DNA of 64,000 nucleotides from Balneola sp. (GTDB lineage: Bacteria; Bacteroidota; Rhodothermia; Balneolales; Balneolaceae). Shown piece after piece: positions 9,508-18,966 of this stretch. The stretch covers positions 98,556 to 162,555 of the forward strand of contig NZMW01000012.1 in assembly GCA_002694685.1 (NCBI GenBank), written 5' to 3'. The notes under the pieces were generated by a model. The model did not search any database. It was not told where the DNA came from and saw nothing but the letters and a program-made list of their open reading frames with translations. The number at the start of each line of letters is the position of its first letter. The first letter of the stretch is position 1. The translations under genes and the position numbers were made by a program.

Positions 9508-9559
9508 TCCTCCAATTTGTATATATTGAACCTTTCCGAACCAAAAAAATCAGTGTTTT

Positions 9560-10570
9560 ATGAAAGAACTAACCACACTTGAAGAATACATTATTCGAGC
9601 TCAAAACAAATTCCCAGGAGCAACGGGAGAACTATCACAGTTATTGAGAGATATTGGCCTTGCCGCAAAAATTATTTCACGGGAAGTGAATAAGGCAGGG
9701 ATCACTAATATCCTTGGATACGAGAAATCGGAAAATGTACATGGTGAAAGTCAAAAGAAGCTGGACCTTTTTGCCAATGAGCAGCTCATTTCCGCTCTAA
9801 GCCGTTCAAATATTACATGCATGGTTATTTCGGAAGAAAATGAAGGAATTGTACGTCTAAGCGGAGAGTCTGGTAAGTATATTGTGTATATGGATCCGCT
9901 GGATGGTTCTTCTAATATAGATGTAAGTGTATCTATCGGCAGTATTTTTTCGATTTATATGCGACCGGACGGCGATAAAGCGCTTACCGAGGAGGATGCC
10001 CTTCAAACCGGAGAAAAGCAGGTAGCAGCGGGCTATGTTCTATATGGTTCAAGCACTGTAATGGGATACACAACTGGGCTGGGTGTTCGACTATTTACAC
10101 TCGATCCAAGCATTGGTGAATTTATTTTAAGCAGTGAGGATGTGAAAATACCCGAGTATGGAAATATCTATAGTGCTGATGAGGGAAGCTATAACTTCTG
10201 GGAGCTTGGGCTGAAGAAGTACGTGAAACATTGCCAGGTGATTGATCCCAAAACAGATCGTCCTTTTAAAGCCCGGTACATAGGTTGCATGGCAGCAGAT
10301 GTTCACCGGACGCTTTTACAAGGAGGCATCTTTATGTACCCTGATAGCTCGAAGTATCCGAATGGTAAGCTTCGTTTGATGTATGAATGTAATCCCTTGA
10401 GTTTTATCATTGAACAAGCTGGCGGGCTTGCTACGGACGGAAAGAAAAGGATCATGGAAATAAAGCCAAGTTCACTCCACGAATGCACACCTATCTACAT
10501 TGGTTCGCGCAAAAACGTGGAGAAACTGAAGGAGTTTATATCAGAGTCTGATGAAACCCCAGCGGGCTAA
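9560..10570 (+). CDS. fbp: Class 1 fructose-1,6-bisphosphatase
   Basis: NVHGESQKKLD, DPLDGSSNIDVSVSIGSIF, KQVAAGYVLYG, GKLRLMYECNP. Confidence 0.97.
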   Translation: MKELTTLEEYIIRAQNKFPGATGELSQLLRDIGLAAKIISREVNKAGITNILGYEKSENVHGESQKKLDLFANEQLISALSRSNITCMVISEENEGIVRLSGESGKYIVYMDPLDGSSNIDVSVSIGSIFSIYMRPDGDKALTEEDALQTGEKQVAAGYVLYGSSTVMGYTTGLGVRLFTLDPSIGEFILSSEDVKIPEYGNIYSADEGSYNFWELGLKKYVKHCQVIDPKTDRPFKARYIGCMAADVHRTLLQGGIFMYPDSSKYPNGKLRLMYECNPLSFIIEQAGGLATDGKKRIMEIKPSSLHECTPIYIGSRKNVEKLKEFISESDETPAG

Positions 10571-10575
10571 TCATT

Positions 10576-11874
10576 TTAGTTCAAACCAAATAGTTCTGGT
10601 AACCATAAACTGATTTGTGGGAAGTAAGTAATAATCATAAGCGCTACAATCATAGCTATAAAAAGCGGTAGTAGTGGCTTAATGACTTTGACAATGGTTG
10701 TCTTGGCAACTCCAACTCCTACAAACAATATAGTACCAACTGGCGGTGTACAAAGCCCAATCGATAGGTTCAGAATCATAATTATTCCGAAGTGAATCGG
10801 GTCAATCCCCAGGTCTACAACAATGGGGAGGAAAATTGGGGTGAAAATGAGTACGGCCGGAGTCATATCCATGAAGGTTCCTACAAAAAGCAGGATAACG
10901 TTAATCATTAGCAGGATAACTATTTTGTTATCACTGAGTGAAAGTAAAGCCTCTGTCACTGTTTGCGGTATTTCTTCGAACGACATTACCCAAGACATGG
11001 CAATAGAAGTAGCAATCAAAAGCATTACGATAGATGTTGTTTTAACTGCCTCAAGGAACACTTCGGGCAGCTCATCTACTTTTAGTTCTTTATAGATGAA
11101 GCCCAAAACCAACGTATAAATTACGGCGATTGCTGAAGCCTCTGTAGCTGTAAATATTCCGGCAATTATTCCTCCAATCACAATAACTAGTAAAAGTAGT
11201 GACGGAAGTGCTCTAACAAAGCTTTTAGATATTTCAGAAATTGAGGTTCGTTCTCCAACCGGGAAGTTCTTCTTCTTTGCCCAAACGGCGGCAACAACCA
11301 TCAGGGTAAGTCCTGTAAGTATTCCGGGTAAATAACCAGCCAGAAACAGTGCGGCAATAGAAACACCGCCACTAGCCAGTGAATAAATGATCAAAATGTT
11401 GGAAGGAGGAATGAGTAACCCGGTAGTAGAAGAAGTAATGTTTACAGCTGCTCCAAATTCTTTAGTATATCCTTCTTCCTCCATGCGTGGCCCTAAAATA
11501 GAACCAATAGCTGATGCAGCAGCTACGGCAGAACCTGCAATAGCACCAAATAGCATCGCCGCAACCACGTTTACGTGAGCAAGCCCGCCGGGAAGGGATC
11601 CCATCAAGTCTTTAGCTAATTTTATAAGCCGATGAGCCAAGCCTCCTTTGTTAATCAACTGACCCGCCAGTATGAAAAAGGGAATGGCGAGCAAGGTAAA
11701 ACTATCTAAACCCGTACCCATTCGCTGGGCAAGAGTGGTGAAAGCGGGAATGGCGTCAATACCAACGAATAGGGTTAATAATCCAGATAAACCAATACTC
11801 CAGGCGATAGGTACACCAATTCCGAGGAAAACTAAAAAACTAAAAACGAGAATCAATACTTCTGTTAAAACCAT
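10576..11874 (-). CDS. dctM: TRAP transporter large permease
   Basis: LAIPFFILAG, GSAVA, LLIPPSNILIIY, GLCTPPVG; 432-aa polytopic membrane protein. Confidence 0.95.
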   Translation of the reverse strand: MVLTEVLILVFSFLVFLGIGVPIAWSIGLSGLLTLFVGIDAIPAFTTLAQRMGTGLDSFTLLAIPFFILAGQLINKGGLAHRLIKLAKDLMGSLPGGLAHVNVVAAMLFGAIAGSAVAAASAIGSILGPRMEEEGYTKEFGAAVNITSSTTGLLIPPSNILIIYSLASGGVSIAALFLAGYLPGILTGLTLMVVAAVWAKKKNFPVGERTSISEISKSFVRALPSLLLLVIVIGGIIAGIFTATEASAIAVIYTLVLGFIYKELKVDELPEVFLEAVKTTSIVMLLIATSIAMSWVMSFEEIPQTVTEALLSLSDNKIVILLMINVILLFVGTFMDMTPAVLIFTPIFLPIVVDLGIDPIHFGIIMILNLSIGLCTPPVGTILFVGVGVAKTTIVKVIKPLLPLFIAMIVALMIITYFPQISLWLPELFGLN

Positions 11875-11886
11875 AGGTCGCCTTAA

Positions 11887-12417
11887 TTAAGAGGGATTAT
11901 TTTGAGAGGAGAGATCAGTATTCTCAGGATCCGCAGTTTCTGGGGGAGTGAAATCAGGATTTTCAGGATCCATTATTATGATATCACGAATTTTGAAAAA
12001 CACAATCATAGCACCACTAATGGGGATGATGGTGTACACATAGGCTAAAGGAATCTGCATTGCCGCTGATGTTTGTCCCAGCGTATAAGTGATATAGACC
12101 AACCTTGAGCCTCCAATAACCATGGTGGTTAAGGCAAATAAAACAATCAGCAGATTGATGAGTATAGCCAGCCTGTATTTGGAACGGCCTTCCAGGCTGC
12201 TTGGAAATAGGTCAATAGAGAGATGTAGCCTTTTGCCAGAAGTGTATGCTGCACCAAGTGTACCAATCCAGATAAGAAGATATCTAGCCAGCTCATCTGT
12301 GAAGGAACTTGGAGTCGCCAAAACATAGCGTGTTAATACCTGCCAACAGACACTTATTAGCATAAGTGCCATCAGTGTGGCGAGGAAATATTCGAGGTAC
12401 TTGTTGAATTTTTTCAT
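11887..12417 (-). CDS. dctQ: TRAP transporter small permease
   Basis: QVLTRYV...ELARYLLIWIGTLGAAY...HLSID; four TM segments; lies between dctP and dctM. Confidence 0.93.
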   Translation of the reverse strand: MKKFNKYLEYFLATLMALMLISVCWQVLTRYVLATPSSFTDELARYLLIWIGTLGAAYTSGKRLHLSIDLFPSSLEGRSKYRLAILINLLIVLFALTTMVIGGSRLVYITYTLGQTSAAMQIPLAYVYTIIPISGAMIVFFKIRDIIIMDPENPDFTPPETADPENTDLSSQNNPS

Positions 12418-12433
12418 AATAAATTTCGGTCTG

Positions 12434-13426
12434 CTACTGTGCGTCCAGTATTCGCTGGACTAATTGATAAAACTCTGGATCGGATTCTTTGTACTGTTCA
12501 TAAACCGACCTTGTTTGTTCTATAAAAGGTTCTTTATCCGGATAGTTGATTTCAACGCCTGCTTCCCGGGCAATTTCAAGAGCTTCTTCCTCAGCTTTTG
12601 CCCAAATCTCCCGTTGATATACCGCAGAAGAATCTGCTGATTGTTGTACCCATTCCTGTTCTTGCTCGCTTAAATTATTCCACTGGTGTGTGCTCATAAT
12701 GAGTAAGTCAGGGAGCATGGTGTGTTCATCAAGGCTGTAATATTTAGCAACCTCATAATGGCGGGAGGAATAGAACGAAGGAGGATTATTTTCCGCTCCA
12801 TCTACGACACCCTGTTGAAGTGCGGTGTACAATTCACCCCAGGAAATTGGAGTTGGAGAGCCACCCAGCTGGTTTACCATATTCACAGACATCTGGCTTT
12901 CCATAACCCGAATCTTGAGTCCTTCAAGGTCTTCAGGAGTTTCTATGGGCCGATCTTTTGTATAAAAGCTGCGTTGTCCTGCATCGTAATAAGTGAGACC
13001 CCGGAGCCAATATTCTTCACCCGCCAAGAGCAGTTCCTTTCCGATTTCTCCATTTAATACGTTTAGGATATGCTGCTCATCTTTAAAAAGATAAGGGAGG
13101 CTATACACTCGTAATTCTGGTACAAAGTTTTCAAGAGCGGCCGAGGATACTTTGGTCATCCCAATGCTGCCGATTTGCAAAAGCTCAAGAGCTTCTCGCT
13201 CTGAACCCAACTGTTGGCTGGGGAATATACTGATGGTTAGCTGTCCATCTGATTTTTCGTCAACCAGTTCGGCCATACGAACCATCCCAAGGTGAACGGG
13301 GTGAGAAGTACTTAAGGCATGGGCTAACCGAATGGTTTTTTTGCCTTCATCGCTTTCTCCACAACCGGTTAAAGTTACAGAGAGAAAGCAAGCAAGAATT
13401 AGAAATGAAGTTAAAGTCTTACGCAT
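12434..13426 (-). CDS. dctP: TRAP substrate-binding protein (DctP family, lipoprotein), probably uronate-binding
   Basis: Real start inferred at ATG 13426 (MRKTL), overlapping the eda stop; LTGC lipobox; GLKIRVM, WGELYTALQQGVVDGAENN. The ORF-track N-terminal extension is the eda overlap. Confidence 0.93.
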   Translation of the reverse strand: MRKTLTSFLILACFLSVTLTGCGESDEGKKTIRLAHALSTSHPVHLGMVRMAELVDEKSDGQLTISIFPSQQLGSEREALELLQIGSIGMTKVSSAALENFVPELRVYSLPYLFKDEQHILNVLNGEIGKELLLAGEEYWLRGLTYYDAGQRSFYTKDRPIETPEDLEGLKIRVMESQMSVNMVNQLGGSPTPISWGELYTALQQGVVDGAENNPPSFYSSRHYEVAKYYSLDEHTMLPDLLIMSTHQWNNLSEQEQEWVQQSADSSAVYQREIWAKAEEEALEIAREAGVEINYPDKEPFIEQTRSVYEQYKESDPEFYQLVQRILDAQ

Positions 13427-14090
13427 TACGTATGGAGTTGATAAGTTCAAGAGTACTGCTGACATGTTTTTCAAGCCCGCTAAAGTCTTTATTTGACAAA
13501 AACTCTTTGGTAACAAGCTTTGATCCCATCCCAACACAAGTAACACCGGCATTGAACCAGCCTTCTAAGTTTTCTTTAGATGCTGAAACACCGCCAGTAG
13601 GCATAATGCTTGTCCAAGGGCATGGCCCTTTTATAGCTTTCACGAAGCCGGGGCCAAGCTGACTTCCCGGAAAAACTTTAATGATTTCAGCACCAAGTTC
13701 TTCAGCACGGGCAATTTCAGTGAGTGATCCACAACCTGGTGACCATAATAATTTTCGGCGGTTGCAAACAACGGCAATGTCTTCTCTAAGGACGGGTGTA
13801 ACCACGAAATTCGCCCCTAGCTGCATGTATAGTGAAGCAGTTCCGGCGTCAGTTACAGAACCAACACCTAGTATCATTTCGGGGAGCTCTTTTTCCGCAA
13901 ATTTATTGAGCTCACCAAAGACTTCGTGAGCAAAATCACCGCGGTTGGTAAACTCGAGAATGCGTGCTCCTCCTTTGTAACAGGCGGTAAGCACCTTTTT
14001 ACAGGTATCTAAGTCTTTATGATAGAAAAGAGGGACTAATCCTGTTTCTTCCATTACAGATGCTACCTGTATGCGTGTAAATCTTGCCAT
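13419..14090 (-). CDS. eda: KDPG/KHG aldolase
   Basis: ILEFTNR, GVGSV, IIKVFP, IMPTGGV, VGMGSKL; downstream of kdgK-uxuA. Confidence 0.95.
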   Translation of the reverse strand: MARFTRIQVASVMEETGLVPLFYHKDLDTCKKVLTACYKGGARILEFTNRGDFAHEVFGELNKFAEKELPEMILGVGSVTDAGTASLYMQLGANFVVTPVLREDIAVVCNRRKLLWSPGCGSLTEIARAEELGAEIIKVFPGSQLGPGFVKAIKGPCPWTSIMPTGGVSASKENLEGWFNAGVTCVGMGSKLVTKEFLSNKDFSGLEKHVSSTLELINSIRNA

Positions 14091-14208
14091 AAAATTTGGT
14101 CTATATAATTATGAAATCAGTTGTGAATTCTCTATAAGAAATAAGAGATGTCTTATTTAAATACAAATAAAAACGCTTTCAGATTTAAACAAAAATCTTT
14201 TTAAGGAA

Positions 14209-15381
14209 TTAATTTTTCAAGTTAAAGCGTAAGCCCTGTTCTAATCCGCGGAGCTCGCTAAGGCCTTTTAACCTTCCAATGCACGAGTATCCTGGATTTG
14301 TTTCTTTATCAATATCGTCTAACATTTTGTGGCCATGATCTGGGCGCACCGGAATACTGATGCTTTCATCTAGTTTGGGAGATTCAAGGATGGCTTTCAT
14401 TACTCCGGCAATTTCTGAATCTCCTTCCAGGTGATCTGCTTCATAGAAGCTACCATCATTTTCCCTTTGCACACTGCGAAGGTGTAAAAAGTGGATTCGA
14501 TCTGCAAATTCTGCTGCCATAGCAGGGAGGTCATTATCTTCTCGCACTCCATAGGAACCCGTACAAAAGGTAATTCCATTGCAAGGTGAATCTACATCAC
14601 TCAGTAACCGGGCAATATCCTTTTTGGTACTCACTACTCTAGGCAACCCAAGAATAGGGTAAGGCGGGTCATCCGGATGTATACACATCTTTACATTATA
14701 CTCTTCGGCCGTAGGAATTACTTTTTGAAGGAATTGCCGGAGGTTAGCCTCCAAATCCTCCCTACTAATATTTTTGTACTGACGCAGTATTTCTTTGAAT
14801 TCTTCGATAGAATATCCTTCATGGCCACCTGGTAAACCAGCTATGATAGTATCAGTAAGCTGGGTTTTGGCAGATTCACTAATAGAATTGTGAAAGAGCT
14901 CCGCTTTTTGGATATCGGAATCTTTATAGTCTTTCTCAGCACCGGCTCTGCCTAAAATAAAAAGGTCGAATGCAGCAAAAGCTGTTGCATCAAAACGAAG
15001 GGCATAGGCTCCATTTTGGATTGGATAATCAAGGGAAGTCCGGGTCCAGTCAAGAATAGGCATAAAATTATAGCACACCGTTTTGACCTCACAAAGAGAG
15101 AGATTTCGAATGGTCTGCTGATAATTTTGGATGTAACTCACATATTGCCCGCTACGCTTTTTAATGTCTTCATGAACGGGAACACTTTCAACCACAGACC
15201 AACTGAGGCCAGCGGCTTCGATCTCCTTTTTCCGTTTCTGAATTTCATCCACAGACCATACTTCGCCAGCAGGAATATGATGTAGCGCAGATACAATCCC
15301 AGTAGCTCCTGTTTGGCGAATATCCGCCAGAGTAATGGGGTCATCAGGACCGTACCAACGCCATGTGTATTCTAATTTCAT
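14209..15381 (-). CDS. uxuA: Mannonate dehydratase
   Basis: TWRWYGP, WSVVESVPVHEDIK, CYNFMPILDWTRT, HPDDPP, RPDHGH, GYSCIGRLKG. Confidence 0.97.
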   Translation of the reverse strand: MKLEYTWRWYGPDDPITLADIRQTGATGIVSALHHIPAGEVWSVDEIQKRKKEIEAAGLSWSVVESVPVHEDIKKRSGQYVSYIQNYQQTIRNLSLCEVKTVCYNFMPILDWTRTSLDYPIQNGAYALRFDATAFAAFDLFILGRAGAEKDYKDSDIQKAELFHNSISESAKTQLTDTIIAGLPGGHEGYSIEEFKEILRQYKNISREDLEANLRQFLQKVIPTAEEYNVKMCIHPDDPPYPILGLPRVVSTKKDIARLLSDVDSPCNGITFCTGSYGVREDNDLPAMAAEFADRIHFLHLRSVQRENDGSFYEADHLEGDSEIAGVMKAILESPKLDESISIPVRPDHGHKMLDDIDKETNPGYSCIGRLKGLSELRGLEQGLRFNLKN

Positions 15382-15387
15382 ATGTTC

Positions 15388-16425
15388 CTATCTGGAAACA
15401 CGGCCAGATGCATCTCCGCCCATTAGTTTTTCAACTTCATCAACCGTAACCAGGTTAGCATCGCCATAAATAGTATGCTTAAGGCAAGAAGCAGCTACGG
15501 CAAAGTCTAGGGCTTTCTGATCATCATCTTTGTATGTAAGAAGGCCATAAATCAAACCTCCCATAAAAGAATCACCGCCACCTACACGATCTACAATATC
15601 CGTGATCTGATAAGTATTGGTTTCGAGGAATTCATCTCCATTATAAAGAACACCAGACCATGAATTATGGGATGCACTGATAGAACCACGGAGAGTAGTA
15701 ATAATTTTTTTAGCTCGTGGAAAACGTTCTTTCAGTTTTTTACAGACAGAGAGGTAAGCCTGACTATCCATAGAATCACCTTTTGTGATATCCACATTAT
15801 CAGGGTGCAGGCCAAAGTGTTTTTCGGCATCCTCTTCATTCCCAAGGATTACATCACAACCTTCTACGAGATCGGGCATAACTTCTCCGGGCTCTTTGCC
15901 ATAATTCCATAGCTTAGCACGGTAGTTCAAGTCAGTAGAAACGGTTATACCTAAATCATTTGCGGCCTTGATTGCTTCTAAGCAAACATCTGCTGCACCT
16001 TGAGATAGAGCCGGAGTTATACCCGTCCAGTGGAACCATTGCGCACCATCAAAAACTTTCTCCCAATCGATATCGCCTTTTTGAATGGTTGAAATGGCTG
16101 AATGCGCACGGTCATAAACAACTTTACTTCCACGGCTTACAGCTCCTGTTTCAAGGAAATAAATTCCAAGTCGCTCGCCGCCTCTTGCAATATGCTCTGT
16201 GCCTACGTTTCGCTTACGCATTTCCTGAAGCGCACATTCTCCGATGTCATTGTTAGGGAGGCGCGTGACAAAGTCTACAGGAATGCCATAATTGGCCAAA
16301 GAAACGGCTACGTTCGATTCTCCGCCTCCGTAAATAACTTCAAATGAATTAGCTTGTGAAAATCTTAAAAAACCGGGGGGTGATAGTCGGAGCATTATTT
16401 CTCCGAAGGTGACTACTTTTTTCAT
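15388..16425 (-). CDS. kdgK: 2-keto-3-deoxygluconate kinase (PfkB family)
   Basis: VVTFGEIMLRL, GGESNVA, DLNYRAKLW, VDRVGGGDSFMGG. Confidence 0.95.
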   Translation of the reverse strand: MKKVVTFGEIMLRLSPPGFLRFSQANSFEVIYGGGESNVAVSLANYGIPVDFVTRLPNNDIGECALQEMRKRNVGTEHIARGGERLGIYFLETGAVSRGSKVVYDRAHSAISTIQKGDIDWEKVFDGAQWFHWTGITPALSQGAADVCLEAIKAANDLGITVSTDLNYRAKLWNYGKEPGEVMPDLVEGCDVILGNEEDAEKHFGLHPDNVDITKGDSMDSQAYLSVCKKLKERFPRAKKIITTLRGSISASHNSWSGVLYNGDEFLETNTYQITDIVDRVGGGDSFMGGLIYGLLTYKDDDQKALDFAVAASCLKHTIYGDANLVTVDEVEKLMGGDASGRVSR

Positions 16426-16502
16426 AATGAAGGTTAGGTTTATTTGATTTGTGTTCTTTTATAGCTGATAAACAACTGAACATCAGATTCATTAAAAGTA
16501 TT

Positions 16503-16517
16503 GTGCAATCGATTGTT
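16503..16517. promoter_or_regulatory. Motif B operator upstream of kdgK (GTGCAATCGATTGTT)
   Basis: Palindromic core CAATCGATTG, about 80 nt upstream of the kdgK ATG; repeated at 20676 and 20833. Confidence 0.75.
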
Positions 16518-16562
16518 CAAGTAACTAATTAAACAGGATTTTATCAACTTGAAATCACTGTT

Positions 16563-17591
16563 TTAGGTGCTTTTTTTGAGTGATGATTTCCTGATAATAA
16601 GTTCAGGATTCAATACGGTTCTGGAAGGCGTATGTGGGATGTCATTCTCCTGAATACGATCCAAAAATAAGTTTGCCGTGAACTGGCCCATCTTCTTGCT
16701 ATGCTGGTCAACCGTTGTAAGGGCTGGATCAACAATAGAAGTGAAAGACTCATTACTAAAGCCCACAATCGCAATATCTTCAGGTATACGAAGATTATTG
16801 GATTTGAAAACTTCCATGGCGCCCATGGCGGCATAATCACTCGATGAAAAAATAGCATCAGGCATCTGTTCCCAGGATACTATTTCTTCAGCCAGAGATT
16901 TACCGGCTTCTAATTTCAAATCACTATTAAGGATGAATTTTTCTTCAACAGGGAGGTCATGTTTCTTGAGAGCTTCTTCATATCCTCTTTTGCGATCCCG
17001 ATAAATACTTACGTTCTGAGGTCCTGAAAAATGAGTGATACGCGTGCAACCCTGCTCAATAAGATGTTCAGTTGCTTTGAAAGCACCTAAGTAGTCGTCA
17101 ATTACTACCGCATCTACATCAAAAGATTCTTGCATTCTATCAAATAGAATGAGGGGAATTCCCCGGTCGTGCACTTCTTCGTAATGACTGAAATCGGTGG
17201 TTTCCTTTGCATAAGAGGCAAAAATTCCATCTACCTGAGCTTCAAGTAAAGCCTTTATATTTGATTTCTCCTTTTCAAGCGAATCACTGGATTGACAAAT
17301 AATGACGTTATAGTTCGTGTCATTAAGCACATCTTCGATGCCACGAAGAACAGAGGCAAAGAAATTTCGATCAATGGTTGGTATGATTACGCCAATTAAA
17401 TTGCTGGTTCCTCTTCTCAGCGCAGCAGCAATGCTGTTAGGCTGGTAGTTCATCTTTTTAGCCATAGCCACTACCGACTTTTTGGTAGATTCACTAATTC
17501 TGGGATGATCCTTTAGCGCCCTCGAAACCGTTGAAGCTGTGATATCCAGCTCTTTTGCTATGTCATGAATGGTGGTTCTTTTCTGAGCCAT
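16563..17591 (-). CDS. LacI-family transcriptional regulator (KdgR-like by context)
   Basis: TTIHDIAKELDITASTVSRAL HTH, YQPNSIAAAL hinge, periplasmic-binding-like core. ATG 17591 is preferred over GTG 17600. Confidence 0.93.
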   Translation of the reverse strand: MAQKRTTIHDIAKELDITASTVSRALKDHPRISESTKKSVVAMAKKMNYQPNSIAAALRRGTSNLIGVIIPTIDRNFFASVLRGIEDVLNDTNYNVIICQSSDSLEKEKSNIKALLEAQVDGIFASYAKETTDFSHYEEVHDRGIPLILFDRMQESFDVDAVVIDDYLGAFKATEHLIEQGCTRITHFSGPQNVSIYRDRKRGYEEALKKHDLPVEEKFILNSDLKLEAGKSLAEEIVSWEQMPDAIFSSSDYAAMGAMEVFKSNNLRIPEDIAIVGFSNESFTSIVDPALTTVDQHSKKMGQFTANLFLDRIQENDIPHTPSRTVLNPELIIRKSSLKKST

Positions 17592-17663
17592 TAAGTTCAC
17601 ATACTAGAATGAATAATGCTATGGTGGTAATATGATCTGAGAATATTCAACGGATATAAAAAA

Positions 17664-18962
17664 TTATTCTACAGTAATTGGAGATGAAATTTTTTGTACT
17701 TCTTCTTCCATAAAAGATCGGAAGTATTCAGCATCAGCAAAACGCTCGTCACTTAATTCCCATCCTGCTACTACATGATAGCTCAGGCTTTTCTGGTCAA
17801 CCAGCTCAAATAGGTTAAGGTAACTAGTGGTAATTCCTGGACCTGATTCCGGAGCTTCCGTATAACTTAAATAGTGCATAGATGGAAAAATAATACCCAT
17901 TCCTAAGTACCACTCATCGTCGTACGTCTGCTTGTCGTGGGTGTAGAAAGCGCTAAGTGGGTTATCATCTTTATTTAATAGAACAGGCTGTTCATCATTG
18001 TGAATATTTACCACCCCAATAGCTAATGTATCTGCCACATTAGTACTGCTTAAGGAGATATCGTTTCTGTAGCTGTAACTTCCAGCCCAAATCGTTACCG
18101 TATTCTCAAGATTATAGCTGTTCTCACCTGTATCCCAATCTTCATAGTGAATGCTAAAGACTGACCGAACCGGGCCTTCAGTAATTAAATTATATGAAGT
18201 CATGCCTACATTGCTTTGCTCAGCATCCAATCTCACACCGAGCCGAACGGGGTTGTTGTTTTCAATGATGCCAATACCACCCAGTCCTAATGAATTTCCG
18301 ACGGCCAGTATATCACGCCCCCAGGGAAGCATAACATGGTAGTCATCAACCGGCATGTTTTCATCGGAAATGCCTACCGTATCTAATGCCATGGTAGATA
18401 GTGTCTTCCCATACAAATCACGTCCATTTCGTCCGTCGATATATTGACGGAAGCCAACTTTATCATTTTCCCATGCGGGTCCATCCATCTGGAACCGGGT
18501 GAAAAGAGGGACGGGTAATTCTTCTCCGGGAATTGAGAGTGTTTTCAGGGCTTCGATTCCATTGTCGCCAACTACTCCAAAACGCACATTGGTCCGCTGC
18601 GTGAATTCGGGATAATCACCTGGATTCACATATTCTATTGATACCGTTTTTGACTCTCCGGCTGCAATATTTATGGTGAAGGCCAGCTCATCCCATTCAC
18701 CGTCGCCGTCTATGTCATCTACCTGAGCGGGTAAAGGCTGATCTCCCACAACTGGAAGAGGAAGTTGACCTTCGGTGATTTGGATGCCTCCGGTTTTATC
18801 TATAATTGCATCCCGAGAGAGGACGATAGGCTCGTTAGAACGATCAATTTCAGAATTATTGGTTAGCGTGAAATCTTCCTGCATGGCAGTACATGCTGAA
18901 ATTAAAACTGCCGAAGAAAGAATGAATACAGAAGTGATGTATTTTTTGAATCGCATAGTCAT
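17664..18962 (-). CDS. Lipoprotein of unknown function, DUF4861-like
   Basis: ISAC lipobox after ATG 18962 or 18956; AQVDDIDGDGEWDELAF and GPAWENDKVGFRQY...DLYGK motifs. The ORF-track extension overlaps kduD. Confidence 0.7.
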   Translation of the reverse strand: MTMRFKKYITSVFILSSAVLISACTAMQEDFTLTNNSEIDRSNEPIVLSRDAIIDKTGGIQITEGQLPLPVVGDQPLPAQVDDIDGDGEWDELAFTINIAAGESKTVSIEYVNPGDYPEFTQRTNVRFGVVGDNGIEALKTLSIPGEELPVPLFTRFQMDGPAWENDKVGFRQYIDGRNGRDLYGKTLSTMALDTVGISDENMPVDDYHVMLPWGRDILAVGNSLGLGGIGIIENNNPVRLGVRLDAEQSNVGMTSYNLITEGPVRSVFSIHYEDWDTGENSYNLENTVTIWAGSYSYRNDISLSSTNVADTLAIGVVNIHNDEQPVLLNKDDNPLSAFYTHDKQTYDDEWYLGMGIIFPSMHYLSYTEAPESGPGITTSYLNLFELVDQKSLSYHVVAGWELSDERFADAEYFRSFMEEEVQKISSPITVE

Positions 18963-18966
18963 AAAT

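Noticed and set aside
13362-13371. Motif A-like TAACCGGTTG (minus strand) inside dctP
   Set aside because: It coincides with the codons for the L-T-G-C lipobox, so protein constraint explains it; not counted as an operator.
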